Source of the DNA: Paraphysomonas bandaiensis
Lineage: Eukaryota > Protista > Chrysophyceae
DNA length: 64,000 nucleotides
Reading direction: 5' to 3'
NCBI GenBank assembly: GCA_965644295.1
Contig: CBFFRP010000295.1
Coordinates: forward strand, 62,001-126,000
Below are positions 62,724 through 64,000 of the stretch, one piece after another. A program made the position numbers and the translations under genes. Every line of letters begins with the position of its first letter. Positions within the stretch are counted from its first letter, which is position 1. The notes beneath the pieces were generated by a model, which searched no databases, was not told where the DNA came from, and saw only the letters and a list, made by a program, of their open reading frames with translations.

Positions 62724-63253
62724 ATGAACAACATGTCGCTAATATTTGTATGTACATCTAATGTATGTCGATCTCCAGTAGCTGCTGCTTTAGCTAATAA
62801 GTGGTTACAAGATAATGGTCGATCAGGGGAGTTTACTATCATATCAAGGAGCTTAACAACTGATTATGAACCTGAGCACAGCCCTGCAAGCGAACACTCA
62901 TTAAATATTATAAAAAATGATTTTGGAATAGATATTTCGGATCATAGATCGAAACTATTGACTGAAGATGATGTTCGTAACGCACATATCATTGTTGGTA
63001 TTACGGAGAGCCATTGTGGTTATATTACACGTACATACTCTCATCTTGGAGGTATAATAGACCTTGTCCGTATTATGCTGGTGTATATAATATTTATGCA
63101 GCTTCAAAGAAGTGTGTGTCGATGCCGAGAGATGTACCTGACCCCTGGCACGCAGACTACAAAACCTACCATCGCTGTGTACATTTTATGAACGACTTGA
63201 TGCCGGAATTATTCGGGTTGATTGATTCAACTATAGATAAAACAGAATTATAA
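62724..63253 (+). CDS. Low-molecular-weight protein tyrosine phosphatase
   Basis: N-terminal P-loop IFVCTSNVCRSP, DISDHRSK, and DVPDPW in exon 2 (intron ~63052-63100). Confidence 0.9.
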
Positions 63254-64000
63254 TTTGATCCTGCGTAATTTCTGCATATGGGATCTACTATCTCTACTTA
63301 TATTCCTGCGAGTATTGTTTGTATTTTGTTTTCTAGATTCCTGATACGGTGCTATGCCGTATTTGTTCATACAGTCACCTTTTCTCGGTATAACATATAT
63401 ATATACATATAATATTAGCGGAATAACTATTCTTTCCATGACAAAGTGTTCTGTGAAGTGTATTTGCCCCATTCCGAGAGCGTACCCCAGTGAAGATTTT
63501 ATAATAAAATCTCAGCGTATTCTTTGTGTGTCGGCGTCAAGCAAGCTCTAGCTACTAGCTAAATCTACACTATACTTGCATAGCCTATATGGGAATACGA
63601 GAACCCTACCCATTATTAACATATACTTGAAGCTGTTGTGTATGCCTCCTTTCGTTCGAATTAACTATTAACTACTTCTTATGCTTTCACTTCTGTAGTT
63701 AAATGGTTTTATCAATAGGTGGTATTTGATGGATATAGAGGCACAGCTGATAACTATAGTTGAGCGATAACAAATAACTGATTGCTTTTAAGGTGGTCAG
63801 GCACGCTCATAAAAACTGCATGACGTTCAACTTTATTCTCAGTCAATCTATCGTTACATATTTTCTGCAGTGTCATACTCTATTCCTCGCCATGTTAATC
63901 TTAAAACACCATACATAGTTGAAGTTCAACTGCATCATATTGACTTCGAGAGGTGTATGAAGATAGCTTGACGAAGGGTTTAATTGAACATCGTGTAGTT

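Noticed and set aside
1-64000. Enrichment of signalling genes as a functional cluster; tRNA/rRNA genes
   Set aside because: Kinases and phosphatases are abundant in protist genomes and there is no evidence of co-regulation. No structured RNA gene was recognisable by eye.

Overview
Gene-dense eukaryotic genomic DNA with short (mostly ~40-130 nt) GT-AG introns and long (ACAT)n arrays. The gene content (hybrid histidine kinases, a voltage-sensor adenylyl cyclase, a class I heme peroxidase) suggests a protist, plausibly a stramenopile alga; this is inference. About 16 host genes are present, mostly signalling: OCA6-like, DUSP12/YVH1-like and LMW phosphatases, CDKL and PH-CAMK kinases, a hybrid His kinase, an ion-transport-domain cyclase, plus ankyrin, WD40, COG4, cytochrome b561, methyltransferase and APX-like genes. 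The first 18 kb is an accessory zone. It holds an intronless uracil-DNA-glycosylase-fold ORF with an acidic (VNEEP)n repeat, a decayed Sola3-like transposase, an intact young Ty1/copia element with TA...CA LTRs, a ~135-bp promoter-associated repeat, and the first of three hAT-type non-autonomous elements. The best candidate for an undescribed system is a convergent pair at 35.5-42.8 kb: an intact multi-TM hybrid histidine kinase and a paralogue with the same membrane domain, shared introns and open frames, but with every phosphotransfer motif lost. Other apparent pseudoenzymes are an APX with distal His->Thr and a cyclase with metal Asp->Gln. All protein assignments come from motif recognition by eye, and exon boundaries are manual predictions.
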